Source of the DNA: an uncultured virus (IMG/VR IMGVR_UViG_3300031918_000015)
Lineage: Duplodnaviria > Heunggongvirae > Uroviricota > Caudoviricetes
Reading direction: 5' to 3' (one strand)
Length of the DNA: 64,000 nucleotides
Virus record (IMG/VR): IMGVR_UViG_3300031918_000015
Coordinates: 1-64,000 of that record
Part shown: positions 53,105 to 63,067 of the stretch, in pieces
Position numbering within the stretch: position 1 is the first letter of the stretch
Layout: the number at the start of each line of letters is the position of its first letter
The notes under the pieces: generated by a model
Databases searched by the model: none
Told to the model about the DNA's origin: nothing
The model's input: the letters and a program-made list of their open reading frames with translations, nothing else
Made by a program: the position numbers and the translations under genes

Positions 53105-54028
53105 ATGAGAATGAAAGAAAATGATACTTACATAAGAATTGACAATAAATATATAAGAGATGTTGAATACATATTATCCAGTGAGCAATTAACTATATTA
53201 GCATTAATGACTATGAATTTAAGTTGTAAAGGAGGTTGTATATTCTCTATTACATGGTTATTAGATACTTTAAATCACGCTAGAAGTAACAATAGAAAAA
53301 TAAAAGATATCAAAGCTATATTGCAACAGTTTATAAATGATAAAACTATTAAAGTATATGATACGGTATTGAATGAGGATAATATAATAACAGATATAAC
53401 AAATGTAGATAGAAATGATTTATTATATTGCTATGTGGAAGAACCTGAAAATTTCACATTAATATATGATAGGGAATTTTTAGAATTAATAAATATAGCT
53501 CATATAAATAGACTAGATACATATTCATTAATAAACTTTATTGTATACATATATTCATTTATAGATAACAATGAACAAGACGAAGATTATAAGTTATGTT
53601 ATCCATCTTACAATAAGATAAATGAGGATATTGGATTGAGTGAATCAACAATTACAAAATATATTGATATCCTTCAAGAAAATAAAATAATAGAATGTGA
53701 TTATGCAGGATATAAAGAAACTACAAAAGGAAGAATAAGAAATAGTAAAATGTTTTATTGTAGATATCAAGATAAAGAATTATTAATCACTAGAATAAAT
53801 AACTATAGAGAGAAAGAAGGATTTATAAAACAAAATAAATTAAGTAAAAATAAATCAAATATGAAAAGAAGCTTAAAACAAATGATAAATAAATTAAATG
53901 ACAAAATAGATAAAAACACTATTACTGATGTAGAACAAATAAGACTTGATTTGCTACAAGAAGAATATAAGAAAATAGAAGAACAACAAAAAGAAGAAAG
54001 AGAGAAAAAAGAAAAACCCGTTAAATAG
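53105..54028 (+). CDS. Winged-helix replication-initiator-like protein
   Basis: CYPSYNKINEDIGLSESTITKYIDILQENKII wHTH. Confidence 0.6.
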   Translation: MRMKENDTYIRIDNKYIRDVEYILSSEQLTILALMTMNLSCKGGCIFSITWLLDTLNHARSNNRKIKDIKAILQQFINDKTIKVYDTVLNEDNIITDITNVDRNDLLYCYVEEPENFTLIYDREFLELINIAHINRLDTYSLINFIVYIYSFIDNNEQDEDYKLCYPSYNKINEDIGLSESTITKYIDILQENKIIECDYAGYKETTKGRIRNSKMFYCRYQDKELLITRINNYREKEGFIKQNKLSKNKSNMKRSLKQMINKLNDKIDKNTITDVEQIRLDLLQEEYKKIEEQQKEEREKKEKPVK

Positions 54029-54342
54029 CTTTTTGCTATTTGTAGATTCTCTCTTGACCTTAGTCTATCTGGCTTGTTAGTCTATCTGTTTAATTAATTT
54101 ATCTTGATAGTTAGTCTATATTGATACACTTCAATCGTGCTTAATATTTGAACATGTACATAGTCAATAGTGGTCAACACCAACGCACATTTACTTTAAA
54201 AGTGGTCAAGCTCATACAACTTTTTTTAAAAAGGTGCGTTGGTGACATACAGTAAAATTTAAAAAAGTGCGTGAGCATATGCAAATGAATTTAGAGTTGA
54301 AATAAATTAAAATAATTTTGAATAAGAGAGGAAGATATAATA

Positions 54343-55956
54343 ATGGAATTAAGAGAATATCAACAAGAAAGTATTAATAAAATAAAAGAATTAAAGATAG
54401 GTGATAAGGGTATAATATCTTTACCAACTGGAACTGGAAAAACTATTGTAATGAGTGGTCTTGTTAAGGAGGAAGCAACAGAAAGAATATTGATAGTTGT
54501 TATGAGTACAGAGTTAAGAGAGCAGACAATTGATAAACTAAAATTTGTATGCGGAGAAAATGTTGATGTTGGAAGTATACAAGGAAAATTAAATGAGTGT
54601 GATAATAATATTATTGTAGCAACAAGACAAAGTTTAACCCATGTAAGAAGTAGTAGATTGAAGGATATAACTGTTAGTGGTGATTTTAAATATATTATAT
54701 TCGATGAATGTCATGTAGCAGTTGAACAAATTAAAAAAATAATTGATGCTATAGGACAAAATTCTATTGTTATTGGAGTAACTGCAACTCCTTATAATCC
54801 AAAAATGGTAGAAATATTTGATAATATAATATATGAAATGACTTTATTAAAAGCTATCAAAAGTGGTTACTTAGTTGAACCAAAAGCAAAGAAAGTATAT
54901 AGTAATACTGATATATCAAATGTTAAAACTATTGGAGGAGAATTCATTCAAAAACATTTAGAAGAAGCTATTAATAATGATGATAGAAATAATATAATAG
55001 TAAAATCTTATTTAGATTATGCACAAGATAGAAAGCACACGATAATATTTGCAAGTGGAATAAATCATGCTAATGCAATAACGCAATGTTTTCAAGATAA
55101 CGGAATAGATGCAAGATCAATTGATAGTACAATAGATTCAACAGAACGCAAAAACACTTTAGAAGATTTTAAAAAAGGAAAATTCAAAATATTAGTAAAT
55201 GTTAGTATATTAACAACGGGTTTTGACTTTCCTGCTTTAGATTGCGTTATAATGGCACGTAGCACTAAGTCTAGAATTTTATATATGCAATGTTTAGGAA
55301 GAGTTTTAAGGTTATCAGAAGGGAAAGAAAATGCACTTATAATTGATATAGGTGATATAACAAAAAAGTTTTCATTGGTTAATATAGATAGTATTTTTAA
55401 TATAACTTTTAAAGATGATGAAACTTTATCAGAAGCTGAGGAAAGAATAAGAAAAGCAGACGAAGACGAAAAGGAATTATTAAGATTAGAACAAGAAGAG
55501 AGAGAAAAACAAAAGATTGAACAATTAAGACTTGAAGCTGAAGAAATAGATTTGTTTAACTCCAATATTAGTAATATATATGAATATTCCAGCCTTGATT
55601 GGTTTGAATGGTATTATAATAAAAACATATATTATATATTGAGTTTAAATGATAAATTAGATATAGTATTAACTAAAGTTGATGATGAATTTATTACATA
55701 TAAATATGAAGATAAGCAATTAATAGAGCATGAAAGAAATGAAAATCTAAAAGAAATAGTAGATAACATTGATAATATGGCTTATACATATGGAAGTAGT
55801 TTTATAGATAAGAATGCTAAATGGAAGAAAGACAAGCCAACAGAGAAGCAAATAGCATGTATTAAAGGGAACTGGAAAGTATATACTAAATTTGATTGTC
55901 ACAAATATTTTAAGAGTAAATCACTATATTTTGCATTTAAAAATCTAGCTAATTAA
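54343..55956 (+). CDS. SF2 DEAD/DEAH-box helicase
   Basis: LREYQ, LPTGTGKT, DECH, TATP, LTTGFD, QCLGRVLR. Confidence 0.92.
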   Translation: MELREYQQESINKIKELKIGDKGIISLPTGTGKTIVMSGLVKEEATERILIVVMSTELREQTIDKLKFVCGENVDVGSIQGKLNECDNNIIVATRQSLTHVRSSRLKDITVSGDFKYIIFDECHVAVEQIKKIIDAIGQNSIVIGVTATPYNPKMVEIFDNIIYEMTLLKAIKSGYLVEPKAKKVYSNTDISNVKTIGGEFIQKHLEEAINNDDRNNIIVKSYLDYAQDRKHTIIFASGINHANAITQCFQDNGIDARSIDSTIDSTERKNTLEDFKKGKFKILVNVSILTTGFDFPALDCVIMARSTKSRILYMQCLGRVLRLSEGKENALIIDIGDITKKFSLVNIDSIFNITFKDDETLSEAEERIRKADEDEKELLRLEQEEREKQKIEQLRLEAEEIDLFNSNISNIYEYSSLDWFEWYYNKNIYYILSLNDKLDIVLTKVDDEFITYKYEDKQLIEHERNENLKEIVDNIDNMAYTYGSSFIDKNAKWKKDKPTEKQIACIKGNWKVYTKFDCHKYFKSKSLYFAFKNLAN

Positions 55957-56181
55957 AAGGAATTGAGGATATAGAAATATATCCTTTTCTTTATAATTGG
56001 AACTAATGTACCTATATTTAAATGTAAAAAATAACCATATAAAAACCACCTTTTAACAGAATATTATTATATTAATTTATTTAAAAGTTCTTGACTTAGG
56101 ATAGAATAAGAGTATAATAATAAGTATAGAAGGTAGTTAATACATAACGAAACAAATTAATATATAAAGGTGGTTGTTAAT

Positions 56182-56739
56182 ATGAAAATAACATGTATGG
56201 AATTGGTAAAAGACTACATAATACAAGAAACTGAAAAAGCTTATGGATTAGATAATGGATATAATAGTAAAATAACAGTATATGGATCAATGCAAGACAA
56301 TATTAAATGGATTCCAAAATCATTAGTTCAAAATATAGATAATAAATTATATGTTTCATATATCACTATTCAAAATAATGGATTATGGGATTGGGTAAAT
56401 AAGAATAGTAAAATAACATTAGATAACGGCAAGAAAAGAGCTTCAGGAAACGAATTAGTATTAAAGAGGTTAAATGCAGAATTAAAAGATAACAATAACT
56501 TAACTTTAATAGTTTGGGATAACAAACAATTCAACAGCTATAGTATAGATAGATTTGAAAGCTATAAACAAGAAGGAAGTAAATTTAATAAAGAATTTAA
56601 CAACTTTGAAGATAACGGAATGGTAGCAGTATTAAAAATTGAAAATAATCAAATAGTTGAAAGTTTAATACAAAATCAAAATATATTAAATGCAAAACAA
56701 ATTGAATTATTAAACTTAGTAATTGAAACATTAGCATAA
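56182..56739 (+). CDS. Hypothetical early protein
   Basis: AAGGTGG RBS before MKIT; ETEKAY...WIPKS motif. Confidence 0.65.
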   Translation: MKITCMELVKDYIIQETEKAYGLDNGYNSKITVYGSMQDNIKWIPKSLVQNIDNKLYVSYITIQNNGLWDWVNKNSKITLDNGKKRASGNELVLKRLNAELKDNNNLTLIVWDNKQFNSYSIDRFESYKQEGSKFNKEFNNFEDNGMVAVLKIENNQIVESLIQNQNILNAKQIELLNLVIETLA

Positions 56740-56787
56740 TTACAAGGTGGATTATTCCACCTTATTATAATATAATCAAGAAATGAG

Positions 56788-57276
56788 GTGGTTAATATTA
56801 ATATTAATGATTTAGAGTTATTCAAGATATATTTAAAGATAGACATACAAAGATTATATACAGATAGTGTTACAAATAAAGATCATGAATTGATTGATAA
56901 CTATATTGATACTTTATCTAAAGAAGAATCAGAAATATTCAGACAATTATATCATGATTGCAAATATAATCGTAAAAAGTGCAATATAACTCATAATTCA
57001 ATAAAACTAACGTTAAAATTATATAATGATACTGGCGAAAAGACTTTTCCTTTTATAAATAAAATAGCTTGTAAAGGATGGAGTATAGGAGAAGGGACAT
57101 TTTCATTCTCATTATATTTACTTAATAATGAATTTAGTAAAGAAATTTTTAGTTGGCATAGAGTTAGTGATTGTTTATTAAAAAGATATAAGATTAATAC
57201 ACAACCTGTATATGGATCAATAGGGCATATAGAAATAATTTTAACAGATGACAAGGAGGTGACAGAGGATGTGTAA
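56788..57276 (+). CDS. Hypothetical protein
   Basis: 162-aa ORF. Confidence 0.6.
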   Translation: MVNININDLELFKIYLKIDIQRLYTDSVTNKDHELIDNYIDTLSKEESEIFRQLYHDCKYNRKKCNITHNSIKLTLKLYNDTGEKTFPFINKIACKGWSIGEGTFSFSLYLLNNEFSKEIFSWHRVSDCLLKRYKINTQPVYGSIGHIEIILTDDKEVTEDV

Positions 57277-57439
57277 AGCAGATGCAGACAATTGTATATT
57301 AGCATTAAGAAACTGTATAGAAGAGTATGAGAGATTAGAACAAACAAGTAAAGAACAATATCAAAAGAATGAATTTAAAACTATGAGAAAATCAATGGAA
57401 CAAACTCTTAAGAATTTAGAAAATGAATTTGGAGAATAA
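57269..57439 (+). CDS. 56-aa coiled-coil protein
   Basis: Not in track. AAGGAGG RBS; MCKADADNC...NEFGE*. Confidence 0.6.
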   Translation: MCKADADNCILALRNCIEEYERLEQTSKEQYQKNEFKTMRKSMEQTLKNLENEFGE

Positions 57440-57645
57440 TATAATTGTAGAACTCTATAAATTAGAGTTCTTTTTTATAATCTAAATATAATTGACAATA
57501 ACAATCAATACCACTTAAAACAACTCTTTTAAGGTGAAAATTAATTAATATTTCTATTAATTTATTAACTTTTTCTTGAAATAGTACAAGCTATGTGATA
57601 ATATAAGGTTGTGAAACAAATTAATAGAAGAAAGAAGGATTTAAA

Positions 57646-58467
57646 ATGAAAAATGAAAAAATATCACAAATAGGGTTTTCAGATGAATTTACATACTGTA
57701 ATATACCTATTAAATATGAGGTCACAGAAGATAAGAAACTGCAATTATATGTTGAAGATTGTGCAAAGTCTTTAGGAATTACACAAACTAAAAATACACA
57801 AAATGGTGATTCTATAACAATAAGATGGGAAAGAGTTTATAGTGATTTAGTAGGTATAGACAGAATCCCCAATAGTGGGGATTTTAAAAAACTTGATAAT
57901 GACACCAAAAAAGAGATAAGAAATAAATTAAAACAAATGACTATTTCTGAATCTGAATTGTACTTGTGGAGTTTTAGAGTTGATGGAGAACAAGGAAAGA
58001 AATTCAGAGAATGGTTGGCTACAGTTGTATTACCTTGTTTAAGAGAATATGGTATATACATAACTAACATGGAGAATATGTCAGCATCAGAAATTGAAAT
58101 TGCAGTAAAGGAAAGAACCGAGGCGTATATATTAAGAAAGCATGGTATAAACATTAGAAAGTCATTAACAGATACTATTAAGAAGTATATTAATCCAGCA
58201 CCATATGAAAGCGATAGATACTATGGAGGGTTTACGAATATAGTCTATAATGTATTGTTTGGATTGGATTGTAAACCATATAAAATTTTAATTGGAGCAG
58301 AAGAAAAGGACAACCTTAGAGATTATTTAAAAGATAAAGATATGTCAACAGAACTTAACCATATATCCAAAGCAGAAGATTTTATGTGTAATTTAATTAT
58401 GTCAGGTGTGAAGGATGAAAAGCAACTAAAAACATTTTTAACTAATTGGTATAGCAATGTAATATAA
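57646..58467 (+). CDS. BRO-N-like antirepressor/DNA-binding protein
   Basis: VEDCAKSLG...ISESELY...KKFREWLATVVLPCLREYGIY. Confidence 0.75.
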   Translation: MKNEKISQIGFSDEFTYCNIPIKYEVTEDKKLQLYVEDCAKSLGITQTKNTQNGDSITIRWERVYSDLVGIDRIPNSGDFKKLDNDTKKEIRNKLKQMTISESELYLWSFRVDGEQGKKFREWLATVVLPCLREYGIYITNMENMSASEIEIAVKERTEAYILRKHGINIRKSLTDTIKKYINPAPYESDRYYGGFTNIVYNVLFGLDCKPYKILIGAEEKDNLRDYLKDKDMSTELNHISKAEDFMCNLIMSGVKDEKQLKTFLTNWYSNVI

Positions 58468-58630
58468 TAAATTAAGGACTCTAGAAATAGGGTTCTTTTT
58501 ATGATTTAAAATATATTTACTATTTCTTTTAATTTATTTAGAAAAACGCTTGACTAAATCTAAGTCATGACTTATACTAAATATAACAAGTAAAACAAAT
58601 TAATAATAAATAAAAGGGCGGTTGATTTAA

Positions 58631-58750
58631 ATGGCAGTAGTGGTATACACGGACAGAACAGTTAAGGAAGTTAAGTCTGAGGAATTACAAAAGATGTTAA
58701 AAGACCAAGTTGCTAAAGCTAAAATATTCTCATGGTTATATGTTAAATAA
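58631..58750 (+). CDS. 39-aa hypothetical protein
   Basis: Not in track. First ORF after the promoter at about 58550. Confidence 0.5.
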   Translation: MAVVVYTDRTVKEVKSEELQKMLKDQVAKAKIFSWLYVK

Positions 58751-58804
58751 ACTTTAGTAACTTACATACATAATAGATTAATAAAATTAAAGGAGTCGAT
58801 TAAA

Positions 58805-59389
58805 ATGAAAAATGTAAAAGAATTAAATTTAATAATAGGTGAAAAATATACAGTATTAAAAACAGATGAATTAGTTCCACTTAGAATATGTGGCATCTTA
58901 AAAGGATATCATTTTGATAAATGGGCACAATATGAAAACTGTTTATATATCTACATACAAAGACCAAGAGTAAAAAGAGTTGACGAAATAATAATATCAA
59001 TAGAAAAGTGTTTTATATTTAAAGGTGATTTTAAAGAAATACACAGGAAAGAAGTTATAAAAGATACTAAAACAATTACTCATTCATTACTTCATAGATG
59101 GACATATAATGATTTAAAGGATGATAAAACATTAGTATATTATCATGATTTTAAAGAAGAATTTAATGTTAATGATAATTTTGATTGTTTCATTGATGTT
59201 ACAGCCGATTATTTAATCAATAACAATATCAAAGGTTATGAAGCTGGAATCAATGAAAACTATATAAGCTATATTAAATCATTGCTAGTAAAATACAATG
59301 TAAATACATTAAAAGAGTATGTAAAAAATGAGGGTTATGTATCATTGATAAATAACATTAATAAAGCGGTTGAATATAAATTGTATTAA
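58805..59389 (+). CDS. Hypothetical protein (WAQY motif)
   Basis: ORF with AAGGAG RBS. Confidence 0.65.
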   Translation: MKNVKELNLIIGEKYTVLKTDELVPLRICGILKGYHFDKWAQYENCLYIYIQRPRVKRVDEIIISIEKCFIFKGDFKEIHRKEVIKDTKTITHSLLHRWTYNDLKDDKTLVYYHDFKEEFNVNDNFDCFIDVTADYLINNNIKGYEAGINENYISYIKSLLVKYNVNTLKEYVKNEGYVSLINNINKAVEYKLY

Positions 59390-59501
59390 TAAATAATAAT
59401 AGGGGCTGAAAAGCTCTTTTTATTTACAATAATACTCAATACCATTATAATTATATTCAGCATATAGAAGCTATATAAGAACGTTTAAGGAGGGTTAAAC
59501 A

Positions 59502-59699
59502 ATGGAAGGTATAAAAACATCTAAGGCACAATTACAAGCTGTTAAGACATGGGAAGACAAGAACAAAGATAAAGTTACTTATACTAAAAGTAAATCATCA
59601 TGTAAAAGTTTTATTAAGAATAAAGCAACGTTTGAAGATATAGAAGATATCGAGAAATTAATAAAAGAAGTCAAAGCAAGTAAATATAATAATCTTTAA
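59502..59699 (+). CDS. Small basic putative DNA-binding regulator
   Basis: TSKAQLQAVKTWEDKNK...CKSFIKNKATFEDIE; AAGGAGG RBS. Confidence 0.6.
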   Translation: MEGIKTSKAQLQAVKTWEDKNKDKVTYTKSKSSCKSFIKNKATFEDIEDIEKLIKEVKASKYNNL

Positions 59700-59830
59700 G
59701 TAATAAAAAATATATTAAATAATCCTATTAATTTATTAAAAAGTTATTGACAGATATATAAGTCATGACTTATAATAGATACATAGAGAACAAGTAAACA
59801 AATTAAATAAATGAAGCGAGGTAATGTAAA

Positions 59831-61675
59831 ATGTGTAAAGTAGTATTAAATAGTGAATTAAACGGTGTAGAAATGTATTTTGAAGGAAAGCCAGTACAAA
59901 CAGTTATAGATAGTTTAAAAGATTTAAAATTCAGATGGAATAAAATTAAGAAATGTTGGTATGCTAAACAATCAATAGAAACAATTGCAGAAGCTCAAAA
60001 ATATTCAGATAGTGAAATACATACAGAAGAAGTTAAAACAGTTAAACAAAATAAAACAAATAAAATTGATTTATGGAGCTTAACAACTTATACAGAAGTT
60101 AAAAGAGAAAAGAGTTATAATGTAAAAGAAATAACTAAATCAATAAGAGCAGAATTAAAAGCTAGATTTTCATTTGTTAAATTTTCTATAACAAATCCTT
60201 ATAGTGATAGAATAAGTATTGATATAAAATCAGCACCATTTGAAAAAGAAAGTATTTATATAAAAGCTATTCAAGAGTATTGTAAAAAAGTTGTTGAAAG
60301 TCATAATTTTTGCACTTCTGATGATCCTTATGGTGATTACGGTTCAAGTTATAATTTATATTTCTTTGGTGCTGATTTATTGGACTATACACAAACAGAA
60401 GCAAATGAAACAATTATTGAAGCTATGAAAGATTTTGACGTGAAAAAAGTTGAACAATTTGAAATTGACAAAGCTAAAGAAAAAGCAGATTTTGAAGTTT
60501 CCCAAGCACAAAGAGATGAAGAACACAAACAATATTTAATCAGACAAGAAGAAGAAAAGAAAGAAATTAAAAATGTTAATAATAATATTGAAGTTGTAGA
60601 AATTGAAGAAGAAAAACAATATTTCGTTATTAACTCAAAATTTGCAAATTTAAATAAAAATTGTACACTATCACAATATGAAGAAGAAGTTTTAAAAGGG
60701 GCTTGTTATAACCAAACTGTTAAAATAACAAGAGAAGTACATTTTAACAATGCTGAATCATTAGAAAACTTTAATAACTTATTATTAGTTGACTTTGAAT
60801 TTATTACTGGAACAAGTGGAAGTTATACAGACGATAACAGAATCAATTCTATGACTGACTATGATAATATGACAGAGTTAGAAAGAAAAACAGTAAAATT
60901 TAATTCACAAGGAATAGCAGTATATTTAAATGATAAAATACAATTTGTAATTGATGCTCAAGGCTATTCATATGCTAGATATGTTGGATTAATAGACGAG
61001 AATACAACTATTACAAAGAAAGTTGAGTATAAGCAACTATTAACACCTGAAGAAGTTCAAGAGCGTACAGAAGTAGCTGAGAAGGTTATTGAATTAAATA
61101 ATGTAGTAATAGAAAATAATAATATTGAAAAAGAAAAAATTTATTTAACTGATAACTGGAATGTATTCAGAAAAGAAATTTCTCAATCAATAAGAGATAA
61201 TAAAATAAAACTTAATAAAGATATTATTCAACAAATTAAGGATAATGAATATATTAAAACTTCAATGTATAGATTAATAAGAGAGTGCGAACCAACTCAA
61301 GAACAATTTATAAATGTAGATATACAAGAAGGCGAAAAGCTAACAATAATTAGACCATCAATGATAGGAGGAGCTTCAGCAACTCATATAACATTTAAGG
61401 AATGGAAACAGGAAGAATATGCACAATATACTGATAATATAAAAGTTATATATGAAAGTAAAAATAAACTATATGGAACTAATTTAGAAAATACCAAACT
61501 ATTAATATATAAAGGTTGGTTTGAGTTACCACAAGCTGTATTATTTGAAGCTACAGACGGTGGAAGTATAACAAAGTTTGGAAGCTATGACGAAAAAGCA
61601 TTAGAAGATATATTGACATACTTTGAAAAAAATAATATTCTACCAGTAATAAATACTTATAGACCAATATTCTAA
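59831..61675 (+). CDS. Polyvalent-type early protein with LPD29-like domain
   Basis: ELNGVEMYF.GKP...FRWNKIKKCWYAK and ITKSIRAELKARFSFVKFSIT. Confidence 0.65.
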   Translation: MCKVVLNSELNGVEMYFEGKPVQTVIDSLKDLKFRWNKIKKCWYAKQSIETIAEAQKYSDSEIHTEEVKTVKQNKTNKIDLWSLTTYTEVKREKSYNVKEITKSIRAELKARFSFVKFSITNPYSDRISIDIKSAPFEKESIYIKAIQEYCKKVVESHNFCTSDDPYGDYGSSYNLYFFGADLLDYTQTEANETIIEAMKDFDVKKVEQFEIDKAKEKADFEVSQAQRDEEHKQYLIRQEEEKKEIKNVNNNIEVVEIEEEKQYFVINSKFANLNKNCTLSQYEEEVLKGACYNQTVKITREVHFNNAESLENFNNLLLVDFEFITGTSGSYTDDNRINSMTDYDNMTELERKTVKFNSQGIAVYLNDKIQFVIDAQGYSYARYVGLIDENTTITKKVEYKQLLTPEEVQERTEVAEKVIELNNVVIENNNIEKEKIYLTDNWNVFRKEISQSIRDNKIKLNKDIIQQIKDNEYIKTSMYRLIRECEPTQEQFINVDIQEGEKLTIIRPSMIGGASATHITFKEWKQEEYAQYTDNIKVIYESKNKLYGTNLENTKLLIYKGWFELPQAVLFEATDGGSITKFGSYDEKALEDILTYFEKNNILPVINTYRPIF

Positions 61676-61967
61676 ATTAAATAACGGTTGTTAGTATTTA
61701 ACTATTATTTACATACTAACAACCTAAAAAATAAATGGTAAAATTGATATTTCTTTATATTAATTTGTTGACATACCATAAAAATCTATGTTATAATAAA
61801 TTATACCAGTTAAGAGTTACAACTTAACAAAGTCTTTTGAATCTAACTGCTAGAATACATGGTAGGATAGTAAGAGTATAAAATTTAAATAGTTTAAAGT
61901 TGTAACTTACATAAAACAAATTAATAGTAAATAGAAAGTCTTTAAGACTTAAAAGGAGTTGTATCTT

Positions 61968-62084
61968 ATGTTTAAATCAATATTCAGCAAAAAGAAAAAA
62001 GCAAGTGAAGTAAGTTTTGAGGATATAACAAATAGATTACTAGATAAAAATAGCAAATTAGCGGAGCAACTTAAAAAGAAATAG
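61968..62084 (+). CDS. 38-aa basic peptide
   Basis: Not in track. AAAGGAG RBS; MFKSIFSKKKK... Confidence 0.45.
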   Translation: MFKSIFSKKKKASEVSFEDITNRLLDKNSKLAEQLKKK

Positions 62085-62131
62085 TGCTAAATAATAATAA
62101 AATAATATAGAATGAAGGAGTTTGATTAATT

Positions 62132-62413
62132 ATGGAAAATATAAATACAAATATAGATTATTCAACATTAACTAATGATGAATAATCTATACAATATCAA
62201 GAAGCTAGAAACAATTTTTTCAGAGCTGAATTAGGAACTGATGAAGAGACAGAAGCAGAAAATACATTTAGAAAAATATCAAGAGAAGTTTCAGAACGTA
62301 AAAATTTTGACTTAGCAATGTATAAAATGCAATCACAATTACAAATAGAATCTTTGACCGTAATACAAGAACAACAAAACCAAAATAAAACAAATTTGAA
62401 AGGAAGTAATAAT
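62132..62413 (+). pseudogene. Gene interrupted by an in-frame TAA
   Basis: AAGGAG RBS, MENINTNIDYSTLTNDE*SIQYQEARNNFF..., in frame with the track ORF at 62318. Confidence 0.55.
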
Positions 62414-62950
62414 ATGAGAACAATAAGAGGATTAATTAAAAGTGCAGTAATAACAGGAGTAATCACAATAATGACAGTTATACCAACTATGGCAGATACA
62501 AACGATTCAAGTATATTAAATCATTATACTAACTCTAAAGGCGATGTAGTAACAGTATATAAAGATAAGACAACGTATATTAATAGTGATGTAAATATTC
62601 AATCCTTAGATTATTTAGATAATTCTGTTACAATTGAAAAAGATAGCCATTTATATAAGTTTTATGTAGACGAGCCAAGAGAATATTACTTGAATGAAGC
62701 TATTAACATTACTTTTAACAATAATAATAATAAAATAGTAGATTGTGTAGTTGATAATCAACCGACTATATATAATACCACTATAGACTCAATACAGGGC
62801 AATATAGCGACTTTAGATGTGAATGGTAATAAATACACGTTTGAAAATGAAGAAGGTTCTGACGGCTGGAATGTAGGTGAAAAATGCAAGGTTATTATTC
62901 AAGATGGTAAACTATTAGAAGTTAGACCGATTCCACTTGCTGAGAGATAA
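62414..62950 (+). CDS. Secreted protein with signal peptide
   Basis: Start MRTIRGLIKSAVITGVITIMTVIPTMA-D is a signal peptide; GAAAGGA RBS. Confidence 0.65.
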   Translation: MRTIRGLIKSAVITGVITIMTVIPTMADTNDSSILNHYTNSKGDVVTVYKDKTTYINSDVNIQSLDYLDNSVTIEKDSHLYKFYVDEPREYYLNEAINITFNNNNNKIVDCVVDNQPTIYNTTIDSIQGNIATLDVNGNKYTFENEEGSDGWNVGEKCKVIIQDGKLLEVRPIPLAER

Positions 62951-63067
62951 ATATATTTTATTATTATATTAATTTATTTAAAATATATATTGCAATATCA
63001 TAAATTACTTGGTATACTATATATAAGAAGTAAAACAAATTAAAAAGAATAAAGGAGATTGATTTAT

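Noticed and set aside
51576..62413. Genetic code reassignment explaining the internal stops
   Set aside because: The internal stops are TAA, which terminates most genes here, and no suppressor tRNA is in the window
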